Source of the DNA: Calditrichota bacterium | Lineage (GTDB): Bacteria; Electryoneota; AABM5-125-24; Hatepunaeales; Hatepunaeaceae | Reading direction: 5' to 3' | DNA: 51,125 nt | NCBI GenBank assembly: GCA_016867855.1 | Contig: VGIO01000002.1 | Coordinates: 1 to 51,125, forward strand | Notes under the pieces: generated by a model | The model's input: only the letters and a program-made list of their open reading frames with translations | What the model was told of the DNA's origin: nothing | The model's database searches: none | Position numbers and translations under genes: made by a program | Part shown: positions 1 to 8,700 of the stretch, piece by piece | Layout: each line of letters begins with the position of its first letter | Numbering within the stretch: the first letter of the stretch is position 1

Positions 1-69
1 GTCTGGTCGAATCGAAAAGTCGAATATCAAATGAATATTGAATTTGATATAAACACCCCCCCCCTTGCT

Positions 70-90
70 CCCCCCCGCAAGCGGGGGGGG
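70..90. repeat. C7-GCAAGC-G8 hairpin upstream of ispH (C-rich hairpin family, inverted orientation)
   Basis: 'CCCCCCCGCAAGCGGGGGGGG', preceded by a second C9 run. Confidence 0.6.
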
Positions 91-119
91 AAGCAAAGTT
101 CTTATTTCGGCAACAGCCC

Positions 120-1037
120 ATGAAAGTCATTTTAGATCCGCGCGCCGGTATCTGCGGCGGAGTGCGGCGGGCGATTCGGTTAGCCGAGCAGGAACTCGCC
201 GGCGGCAAACGCAATATCTTCGTGCTGGGCGACATCATTCACAACGAGCGCGAAGTCGAGCGGCTCGACCGCGCCGGACTAAAGACCATCCACGACGGCG
301 AGTTGGATACATTGCCGGAATTGTTGGAACAGAGCGGCGCGTCTCAATTAAAGGTTCTGGTGCGGGCGCACGGCGAGCCGCCGGAAAAGTTCGCCAAACT
401 CGCCGGATTAGGCGTCGAAATCATCGACGGCACCTGCCCAGTCGTTACGCGCTCGCAGGATTTGGCGCGCCGGTATCGACAATTGGGCTTTCAAGTCGTC
501 ATTGTCGGCAAGCATAACCATCCGGAGACCATCGGCATCGTCGGACACACCGGCGGCAGAGCCAAAGTAGTCCAGTTCGATGCAGATATTCAGCAGTTGG
601 TAGTCGGCGTTCCGACGATGGTGATGGCGCAGACGACCATTTCACCGCGTGTATTTGCCGGGATGGCTGAAAAGATCCGCGCCTGTGTCGGAACGGTCGA
701 AATCAAAGATACGATGTGCCGCTTCGTCGTGCGCCGCGAACAAAAACTGCCGTCTTTTGCCCGGCAAGCCGATGTCATTTTAGTCGTCGGCGGGCATAAG
801 TCTTCCAATACGATAATGTTAGCCGCCGCCTGTCGAGCCATCAATCCGCGCTCTTATCATATTGTCTCGGTCGATGAAATCGACTTAAAGTGGTTTGAAG
901 ACGCCAAAGTCATCGGCGTAACCGGCTCAGCCTCGACGCCGCATTGGCTGCTGCAGGAATTCGTTGACACGCTGGAGCAATGGGTCGCCAAAGGGCGAAT
1001 CGGCGCTAAATCATCCACGTCGGGAAATACAAGATGA
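120..1037 (+). CDS. ispH: 4-hydroxy-3-methylbut-2-enyl diphosphate reductase (IspH/LytB)
   Basis: 305-aa ORF. 'DPRAGICGGVRRAI', 'GDIIHNEREV', 'GTCPVVT' and C-terminal 'VVGGHKSSNT' match the three Cys-ligand regions and HN motif of IspH. Confidence 0.9.
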   Translation: MKVILDPRAGICGGVRRAIRLAEQELAGGKRNIFVLGDIIHNEREVERLDRAGLKTIHDGELDTLPELLEQSGASQLKVLVRAHGEPPEKFAKLAGLGVEIIDGTCPVVTRSQDLARRYRQLGFQVVIVGKHNHPETIGIVGHTGGRAKVVQFDADIQQLVVGVPTMVMAQTTISPRVFAGMAEKIRACVGTVEIKDTMCRFVVRREQKLPSFARQADVILVVGGHKSSNTIMLAAACRAINPRSYHIVSVDEIDLKWFEDAKVIGVTGSASTPHWLLQEFVDTLEQWVAKGRIGAKSSTSGNTR

Positions 1038-1097
1038 TATTTGTTATCGCTTTTGCCGCCTGCATTATCTGATACATTCTCATCATCATCATTTCGA

Positions 1098-2174
1098 ATG
1101 CGCCTCGCCAAGATATTTCGCCGTTCTGTTAAAAATACACAGCATATACTTCAGCGCCGGCCGGCTATGATATGGGTAAGCCTGTTGATAACCAAGCGTT
1201 GCACTCAGCGGTGTATGCAATGCGCCATTCCGCTTAGCCCGTCTGTAAAAAACGCCGAACCCACCGCCAGCCTTAAGCGGATAATAGATATTTTTGACGA
1301 TTATGGGACGCAAATATTGACTATCTCCGGCGGCGAACCGATGCTGCATCCGCAATTAGACGATATATTAAAATACGCGACAACAAAGCAATTTATCCGC
1401 ATTCACCTACAGACGACGCTTTATGGCCCGCAGCATTTAATCGACCGGACTATAGAATCAGCCTTTGAATCGGATTTATCGCTATCAACCTCGTTCGACG
1501 GTTTTGGCGCTGTGGCCGACGAACTGCGCGGCGCGAAAAATGTTGCGGAAATTGTAATGCGCAGTCTGGAAACCATTCAAGAACGAAACAGCCGGCGCTT
1601 AAGTCCCATTCCCATCAGCGCCAATGTGGTGATAAATCGGCTGAATCTCGCCCAAATTCCGCAAATTTTGGATTATCTCGAATCTGTCCGTGTTCCAGTG
1701 GATGTTGACATCTATCGCTGGGCCTCAACTAATCAACAGGAGCAGGACGAGTTAAAAATCGAGGACTCATCTGAACTGCGGCGGGTTTTAGCGCTCGTCA
1801 GGCAGTCGCCGATAGTTTTCACGCCGCGTTGGCTCATCGATGGCTTTCCGTCTTATCTGAGCGGCAATTTCCCCAAGTATTGTCCGTATTTAAAAACGCC
1901 TTCACTCGGCAGTAAGTTCTACATCGAGCCGGATGGCGAGGTTGTCGTCTGCATTGGCGGCAGCATTGGCAACCTGCGGCAGCAAACACCGAACGAGATA
2001 TTCCGTTCAGATAGCTGGCGGCGCCGGCTGGAAATGTTCGGCGCGTGCCGCGGCTGCTGGAACACCTGCTACACGCCATCGGCGAGGCTGTTCCACATCG
2101 ACAATGCCCGCGAAGCGCTGAAAGCAGTGAGAATGTTGAAGAATAAGAGTGTTATGAATGCAAAGAGGATTTGA
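1098..2174 (+). CDS. radical SAM enzyme with C-terminal SPASM/twitch-like Cys cluster (possible peptide/protein-modifying maturase)
   Basis: Canonical CX3CX2C ('CTQRCMQC'), glycine-rich SAM motif 'TISGGEPMLHP', and C-terminal 'C...VVVCIGG' plus 'CRGCWNTCY'. The ORF track starts at a TTG at 1041; the first ATG (MRLAK) at 1098 is the more likely start. Confidence 0.8.
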   Translation: MRLAKIFRRSVKNTQHILQRRPAMIWVSLLITKRCTQRCMQCAIPLSPSVKNAEPTASLKRIIDIFDDYGTQILTISGGEPMLHPQLDDILKYATTKQFIRIHLQTTLYGPQHLIDRTIESAFESDLSLSTSFDGFGAVADELRGAKNVAEIVMRSLETIQERNSRRLSPIPISANVVINRLNLAQIPQILDYLESVRVPVDVDIYRWASTNQQEQDELKIEDSSELRRVLALVRQSPIVFTPRWLIDGFPSYLSGNFPKYCPYLKTPSLGSKFYIEPDGEVVVCIGGSIGNLRQQTPNEIFRSDSWRRRLEMFGACRGCWNTCYTPSARLFHIDNAREALKAVRMLKNKSVMNAKRI

Positions 2175-3294
2175 CCATCTGATGCTGCATATATTAAGAC
2201 AAAATTGCCAGATTTATAAAAAATATGTCGGGCGTCGGTCAAAATCCGGTCTCCCAACAGTATCCTTCGGCGTTATATCGTTTTTTATTATCTTTGCTAA
2301 TTTCTCCCTCGGTTTTACTCAAGAAGCGGCGAATCTTTATAACGAACAAATAGCCCGCACTGTCGAACGCTTGACCATCACCGAGGAATACGACCGCGCG
2401 CTGCAGACTATCGATAGTCTGATGAATGATGATAATGATGCTGATGATGTATTTTTATTATTGCTGCGCGCCTCGACGCTCTGCGCGCGCACGATGGATT
2501 ATGAAGATTTGGAGGATGCCCCGGCAGTAAGAGCCATCTGTGCCAAAGTCGATGAGATTTACCGAAATAAAAATCTCGATGCTGATTCGACTGGGGCGAA
2601 ATACTTCTATTTAGGAACGGCTTATCTCTATCAAGCGCTGCTGGAGCATCGCTTGGGCAGTCTGTTGAGCGCGCTCAAATTGTCGCTGAAGGGCGCTGGA
2701 TATCTAGAGAAGGCACAGCAAAAGAATCCTTGGTTGTGGGATGTCTATTATGGATTGGGGATGTTTCAATATAATTTCAGCCGTTATGCCAGCATAGCCC
2801 GCAGTCTGGGGCTGGTGCGCGACCGCCGGCAGCAGGGCGTCGAACTGCTGACCATTGCCGCCACGAAAGGCATTATCACCCAATACTCGGCGCGCAACGC
2901 ATTGGCTTGGATCGATTTGGAAAATAAGAACTATGCCGGCGCCATCGCCAAGTCTCAAGCGCTGCTGAACGAGTTCCCCGGCCGTCGAGCAACCCTTTGG
3001 CTGCTCAGCAAAGCCTTACTGCGGGCGGAGAGATGGGTGGAAGCGATTGAGGTCTTGAAACAACTTGAATCCGCCATTGCGCACCAAACCCGCAACAATC
3101 ATTACAACGAAATCACGCGCCTGTATATGCTGACTAAGGCTTACTACAGCCTTGGACGCCGGCAGGAAGCCGTCTGGGCAGCAGATTCAGCCCTTGCGAT
3201 ACCATTGACGAAATATGTTCAGATGAAGAAAAAGAATGACTTGAGCGAGTTGGCGGAAATGAAAAGGAGAGCCGGGCGGGATATTACACGTTAG
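2158..3294 (+). CDS. TPR-repeat protein with N-terminal transmembrane anchor
   Basis: Hydrophobic segment 'VSFGVISFFIIFANFSLGF' followed by repeated helical A/L/Y-rich TPR-like units. Overlaps the radical SAM stop by 17 nt, so probably co-transcribed. Confidence 0.5.
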   Translation: MQRGFDHLMLHILRQNCQIYKKYVGRRSKSGLPTVSFGVISFFIIFANFSLGFTQEAANLYNEQIARTVERLTITEEYDRALQTIDSLMNDDNDADDVFLLLLRASTLCARTMDYEDLEDAPAVRAICAKVDEIYRNKNLDADSTGAKYFYLGTAYLYQALLEHRLGSLLSALKLSLKGAGYLEKAQQKNPWLWDVYYGLGMFQYNFSRYASIARSLGLVRDRRQQGVELLTIAATKGIITQYSARNALAWIDLENKNYAGAIAKSQALLNEFPGRRATLWLLSKALLRAERWVEAIEVLKQLESAIAHQTRNNHYNEITRLYMLTKAYYSLGRRQEAVWAADSALAIPLTKYVQMKKKNDLSELAEMKRRAGRDITR

Positions 3295-3313
3295 AGTTAT
3301 GTCAAGTGTAAGA

Positions 3314-3400
3314 TGTCGTCATACTGAACGAAGTGAAGGATCTCGTTCTAAAGACTTACTTATCCAGACGAGATCCTTCACTTCGTTCAGGATGACGACA
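3314..3400. terminator. long perfect hairpin (about 31-bp arms) between convergent genes; member of the 'AAGAT..GTCAT.CTGAACGAAGTGAAGGATCTC' repeat family
   Basis: Left arm 3314-3345 'TGTCGTCATACTGAACGAAGTGAAGGATCTCG' is the reverse complement of right arm 3369-3400. It sits between the + strand TPR gene end and the minus-strand lutC end, so a likely bidirectional terminator. Confidence 0.6.
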
Positions 3401-3438
3401 TTTTTACAGTAGGCTGTGGGTTTAGAGATAACTAACAT

Positions 3439-4005
3439 TTAATCAACTTTGTCTAAATCATCCATTCCCCAAATCACCGTCCTCAGCGGCCCGTGGACGC
3501 CCAGCACAAGTCTCTTTTCAATGTCGGCGGTGCGGGACGGTCCAGTGATGAATGTGTAAGACAGGCTCTTATCGGCTTGATTTAAAAATTGTGCCAAAGT
3601 CTCATAAAGAGGCGCTTCCTTAACGACCGCGACACTCAGCGGCGGCAGAGCGCTGACCATCCGGTCGCCGATATGACGCGAGGCGACGACCAGAGTGCCG
3701 GTGTCGGCGATGAGCGCATCCACGCTATGCACGCCGGCCTCGGCGCTGCGGCAAGCCTCAATCGCCGCGGTATGCGACTCGACCGGTTGCCCAAAATCCA
3801 TCAATAAGGTTAGTTTTTCTGCCATCGCTGCAACATAAGCCGGCGCGAGCGGCGCGCCGCCGGTTACGACCGACCTTACCTGCGCGCGCTGCAGGAACTC
3901 GGCTAATCCTTTATAAGGATCAAGTCCGTCGATAGGACTGGCAAATTCCCCCGAAACTGCCTCCCAGCGCGACTTAAACAGCGCTCTCAGATCCTCAATC
4001 TTCAT
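3439..4005 (-). CDS. lutC: lactate utilization protein C (LutC/YkgG, LUD domain)
   Basis: C-terminal 'FITGPSRTADIEKRLVLGVHGPLRTVIWGMDD' matches the conserved LutC/YkgG block. 11-nt overlap with the upstream lutB. Confidence 0.8.
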   Translation of the reverse strand: MKIEDLRALFKSRWEAVSGEFASPIDGLDPYKGLAEFLQRAQVRSVVTGGAPLAPAYVAAMAEKLTLLMDFGQPVESHTAAIEACRSAEAGVHSVDALIADTGTLVVASRHIGDRMVSALPPLSVAVVKEAPLYETLAQFLNQADKSLSYTFITGPSRTADIEKRLVLGVHGPLRTVIWGMDDLDKVD

Positions 4006-5263
4006 CCGGCTGCCTGTCTCTAAAAGCCCGGCGGCTCAACCCGAACCGTCTTTCGATAGTCGGAATAATCTGCCCGAGGCTGCGGGTAATTCGTCCAGCG
4101 AATTCGTAGCGCTGCGGTGTCTGCATCGTCCACTTCCAGCCGGCCGCTAAGACTCGATGCACCGGCGGCTTCGACGCCCGCGACCGGATTTCGAGCAGCA
4201 TACGCGGGATGTCTATGTCCACCGGGCAGACCTCCTTGCATAGTCCGCACAAGGTCGAAATCTGCGATAATTCGTTGTGCCGGATAAAGCCGTCGCCGAT
4301 TATGTTCGACAATACCGAGCCCATCGGACCGGGGTAGGTCGAGCCATAAGCGTGACCGCCGAGGCTGCGATAGACCGGGCAGGCGTTCAGGCAGGCGCCG
4401 CAGCGCAGGCAGAGCATCATCTCGCGCAACTTGGCATCTGCCAGCGCCATCCGCCGGCCGTTGTCTAATAAAACTATATGCATCTCGCGGGGGCTGTCTT
4501 TGCCTTGCCGGGAAGGCTTCAAAAGATGCGCATAAGAAGTAAATCTCTGCCCGGTGGCGCTGCGTGCCAGTAGTTGTAAAATCGGCGCGGCATCGGTCAA
4601 ATAGGCTATGACCTTTTCAATACCGGTGATAACGATAAACAGCGGCGGCAGAGCCAGTCCCAGCCGCGCGTTGCCTTCGTTTTCCACTATAAGAATATGC
4701 CCAGTTTCAGCGATGAGGAAATTCGCCCCAGCCAGGCCGAATTCCGCTTGCAGAAATCGCTCGCGCAGAACCGACCGCGCGACTTTGGTCAACACTACCG
4801 GGTCGTCCGAATAGGGAATGCCGAGTTTATCGGTGAATAACTTACCTATCGAGGCACGCGAGCGGTGCAGCGCCGGGGCGGTGATATGCGACGGCAACTC
4901 GCCAGCCAACTGCACAATATATTCGCCCAAATCCGACTCCACCGCGTCGATGCCGGCGGACGCCAATGCGCGGTTCAGATGAATCTCTTCCGATACTATG
5001 CTCTTCGACTTGACGCCGCGCTTAACCCTATGGGATTTCAGAATATCGACGATTATCCGGCAAGCCTCCAATCCATTTTCAGCATAATGAACTATTCCAC
5101 TGACGCTTGACCAGGCGGTCGTCCATTGAGCGAGCAGTTCGTCGAGGCGGTCGATGGAGTCTTGCCGGACGGCGCGGGCGTCCCGTCGGGCAGCCTCTAA
5201 ATCAGGGATTTCGACGATGATCTTTGCCCGGGCGACTGTCGAATGCAGGCAGGCGCGCAACAC
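3995..5263 (-). CDS. lutB: lactate utilization protein B (LutB/YkgF), 4Fe-4S ferredoxin-type iron-sulfur protein
   Basis: Two ferredoxin-type clusters 'CLRCGACLNACPVY' and 'CGLCKEVCPVDIDIP' after an N-terminal LUD/DUF162-like region. Sits immediately upstream of lutC. Confidence 0.8.
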   Translation of the reverse strand: MLRACLHSTVARAKIIVEIPDLEAARRDARAVRQDSIDRLDELLAQWTTAWSSVSGIVHYAENGLEACRIIVDILKSHRVKRGVKSKSIVSEEIHLNRALASAGIDAVESDLGEYIVQLAGELPSHITAPALHRSRASIGKLFTDKLGIPYSDDPVVLTKVARSVLRERFLQAEFGLAGANFLIAETGHILIVENEGNARLGLALPPLFIVITGIEKVIAYLTDAAPILQLLARSATGQRFTSYAHLLKPSRQGKDSPREMHIVLLDNGRRMALADAKLREMMLCLRCGACLNACPVYRSLGGHAYGSTYPGPMGSVLSNIIGDGFIRHNELSQISTLCGLCKEVCPVDIDIPRMLLEIRSRASKPPVHRVLAAGWKWTMQTPQRYEFAGRITRSLGQIIPTIERRFGLSRRAFRDRQPDED

Positions 5264-5500
5264 CGCATCACCTAAAGCCCGGTCGGATAAGGCTGCAGTT
5301 ATATGACGGTTAAGCGAGGAAATTGTGAGACCGAAAAAAACGATGGGTTTGACGAAGAATCAACTCACTAATCTTAATACAGCGATGGGACTCGCACCGG
5401 GTTATTCGGTCCTTGAATAAGCGGTAGTGTCTATTATTTATTGTGATGAAGTGTTGCCTCGAGGTTCGGTCGCATCATTACTCGGAAAATAGGCTCACCT

Positions 5501-5593
5501 TCTTCCCCCGCTTGCGGCTGTTGCTTGCTTCTCCCCTCGCTTGCGGCTGTTGCTTGCTTCTCCCCCCGCTTGCGGGGGGATGAAAGGGGGGTG
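5501..5593. repeat. three tandem ~29-bp units ending in a perfect C6-GCTTGC-G6 hairpin followed by 'ATGAAAGGGGGGTG'
   Basis: Units 'CTTC(T)CCCCNCGCTTGCGGCTGTTGCTTG' x2, then 'CTTCTCCCCCCGCTTGCGGGGGGA'. Related copies at 70-90, 14183-14219 and 47556-47585. Confidence 0.7.
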
Positions 5594-5777
5594 TATTTTC
5601 ATCTTACATTGCACCGCGCTGCAGGATGAGATTTCACGCGAAAGGGGAATTCAGAATCAAGTTTATTCTGAAGTTAGATGAACATATGGGTTCTATTTCA
5701 GAATCTGTGGATAAATTTAATTAAGGAATTATTAACAATTACACCTTACATCTTACAACTTGGTGCGCTTCGTTGAT

Positions 5778-8700
5778 TTATTTCACTAACAATAACTTGA
5801 CTGTCTTCGTTAGATTTCCCGCTTCCAATCTGCCGAAATAAACTCCTGCCGGCAGCGCGCCGCCGTCGAATTCTATTTTATGCCTTCCGGCCAGTTTATA
5901 TCCTTGATGCACAACTACTTGAACGCGGCTGTGGATATCGACAACCGTTAAAATTACTTCGCCGTCAACCGGCAGGCTGTAATTTAGTGTAGTCCGGGCA
6001 TTGAACGGATTGGGATAATTCGACTCGACAGCAAAGGTCAAAGGCTGGTTGTCGCCTTCATTCGGCGTAGCAAGCGCTACCGAAAGTCTAATCGGCAGCA
6101 AGCCGAATCCCGGCCGGGCGTTGTGTGTAAATTGGATGTTGGTAGTGTAAATCCCCTCGGTCAGTTCGGTCGGATCGAAATCGAGCCTAATGAACAGCGA
6201 ATCGCCGGCATTGAGCATACCTATATGCGGCGTCCAGGTCAACCACTTGACTCCGGGCGCTGTGAGTTGACTGCTAAAGGTTAAAGACCCGCTGCCTGAA
6301 TTGCGGATTAGGAACGAGTCTGCTACAATCTGCACCTGCGACAACCTGATTTCGAATAATTCGCGGTCGAGGCTAAAAAGTGGCTTGAGCAGTGCAAAAT
6401 TGGCTTCAATAGTGTCGTTGGCGATTATCTCTAAACCGCCGCGTGTTGAGTCGTTATAAAACAAGCAATCAACTGTCGCGGAAACATCGCGGCTCACCGG
6501 CAGATTGGCGAAAAAGAATTCACCGCTTTCGTTGGTCGTAGTTTGATTGCCGAGCGACAGACGCACGCGGGCGTTCGACAGCGGCTCGCCTGTCATCGCG
6601 TCGGAAACAATCCCGCGCACAAATCCGACCGCCGTCGACCGCTCGGTAGTGAATTTTATCGCCCGGTTGTCAACTAAATCGGTCGCGCCTGGATGAAGCG
6701 CGCCCCAGTAAGTATATTGCAAGCCGTCGCTCTGGTCAGGACTGCCAATGCCGACGGTCGCAAAAGGCGTATCCCACTGCTGAAAACAGGAACGCGTATC
6801 GATGATGTCTTGATATTGAAATACTATTTCGCCATCGCCGGTCGCCGTGCGGTGAACAGCTGGGTCGTAGAGGATAATTTCAAAGGTCTCCAGCGGCTCG
6901 CCATTGCCCTGTTGACCTAACTTGCGCATCTGACACCATTCGACGACAAATACTCTATTATCCCTGTCATACCAATAAAAGACGCCGTTGTTGACGGTAG
7001 TGAGCAGGTCGTCCCAGAAAGGGCAGAGCATCGCCGAGACGACTTCGCCGCCGGGAATCTGGCGGTTGCGAGCGCTTACCAGAGCCGAATGGTTGCCGAA
7101 AGCCGCCCAGCCGTTGGTGCAGATAGTCAGACTGTCAAAGTCCCGTCCGTAATAGCGAAAAGTGAACGGCAGCCTGACCACGCAACTGGCGTCGCGCTCT
7201 TCGCCAAAGTCGGTAAGTCCGGTGTTTGTTCCCCGCCCGCCGAGGCGCGGATTCAATTCTATCCACTCGAAAGACGGACGGTTCTCCCAAGTTAAGTCTA
7301 TATCGTCGATGCAGATATAGCCGTATTTATCGGGTCCGAAAGGCTGGTCGGCTTGCGCCCGGCCAATCGGCAGGCTGAAAAATGCCGTATCGCAAAATCC
7401 ATTCTGCGCTTGCAGGATGAGCGCCAAGTCGGCGTTGTTGCCTGCGATATGCCTGATGTCCGCTTCGAGCCATAAGCCGCGGTCGGACATCCCACGCTGG
7501 CGGATATCGATGCCGGCAAAACTGCTGCGGGCGAACGGCACAGTTATCGTCGGCGTGAAACTGATTAGTTCCGCACCCACATCCGGCGCGGCATCCGCTC
7601 CGATATTAGTCAGCCAGATACTCAAGGCTTCAGCGCGTCCGGGCCGGAGCGGCTCGCCAGCCCACTCCAAATTTGCAAACTCGAGTTGCGGCGCGTAAAT
7701 TGGAAACGAAAAGGAATTTACATAACTTTGCCCGCCGGCGATGACCTCCAAAATAAATTTGGCTTCCATCCCATTCGGGCAGCCGCCGCCGACCACGATT
7801 TGATAGACGGCTTCCTGACGCACGCCAGGACCTGGCGCTACATTAAAAACAAGTGTATCGTTCTCAACCGTCAATAATGACGAAACCGACCTCAAAACAG
7901 CTGTCATATTCCCGTTAGGGCGTGTCGTTCCGCAATTTTTTATCCGCAGACTCAATTCCAAAGTCTCCAACGGCTCGGCTTCGCCGTCGTCATCGCCGGA
8001 ACTGGCGCCTTCGTCATCATCATCGATTACTATCTGCTCAATGCCAAACATTACCAGGGCTTGAGCGATGTTCAAATCGGCTAAAATCGGGATGAGATTC
8101 GGTCCGCTTATCGTAAATTTGATTTGCCCGGACTGCGTCCATTCCGGCTGGAGGACAAAATCGACTCGGCCATTTTGGTCGGCGCGCTGCATCAATTGAA
8201 AGCCTTGTGCCTTATAGAGGCAGACATTAGCCTCGGCGGCGGGCCGGTTGTCGTCGGCATAGCGAACCTGAACGCTGTAATGGGTTTCGCCCTGGCGCAT
8301 CTGGTCGGGGCGGGAGACCGCAAGTCGGCGCGGCACGGCGGTATATAATTCGACGGCTGGGTCGCCCATTAAGTTATAGATATAATATAGCGTCAGCCAG
8401 GCTTGCATATTACTGTTCTCTTCATGGTTGATGTCGCCGCGACCTTCATAGGCTTTGACCAGCGCCAGTTTGCCCATCTGCAGCGCCCAGCCCTGCGCAT
8501 AGACCTTATCGACGAACGGCGCGCGCAAAGTAGCCGACGCTATGAGATTATTATAAGCCGAATGAGTTGCTCCGGCCGCGCCCACGGCGCCGATCGCCCC
8601 GACGGACAGATTGACGAAGCGCTCTGTGTAGCCGTAAGGCGAGTCCTGACTGCCAGTTACATATTCGCCGGTGTTGCAGGTCGCTAACATTATGAACGGT

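Noticed and set aside
65-517. 150-aa Arg-rich ORF overlapping ispH
   Set aside because: It lies in an alternative frame of a confidently identified gene. The Arg/Ala-rich composition is the usual shadow ORF of GC-rich coding DNA.
1041-1097. TTG start at 1041 for the radical SAM gene as given in the ORF track
   Set aside because: The extension adds about 19 poorly composed residues that overlap the ispH stop region. The ATG at 1098 gives the usual 20-30-residue spacing before CX3CX2C.
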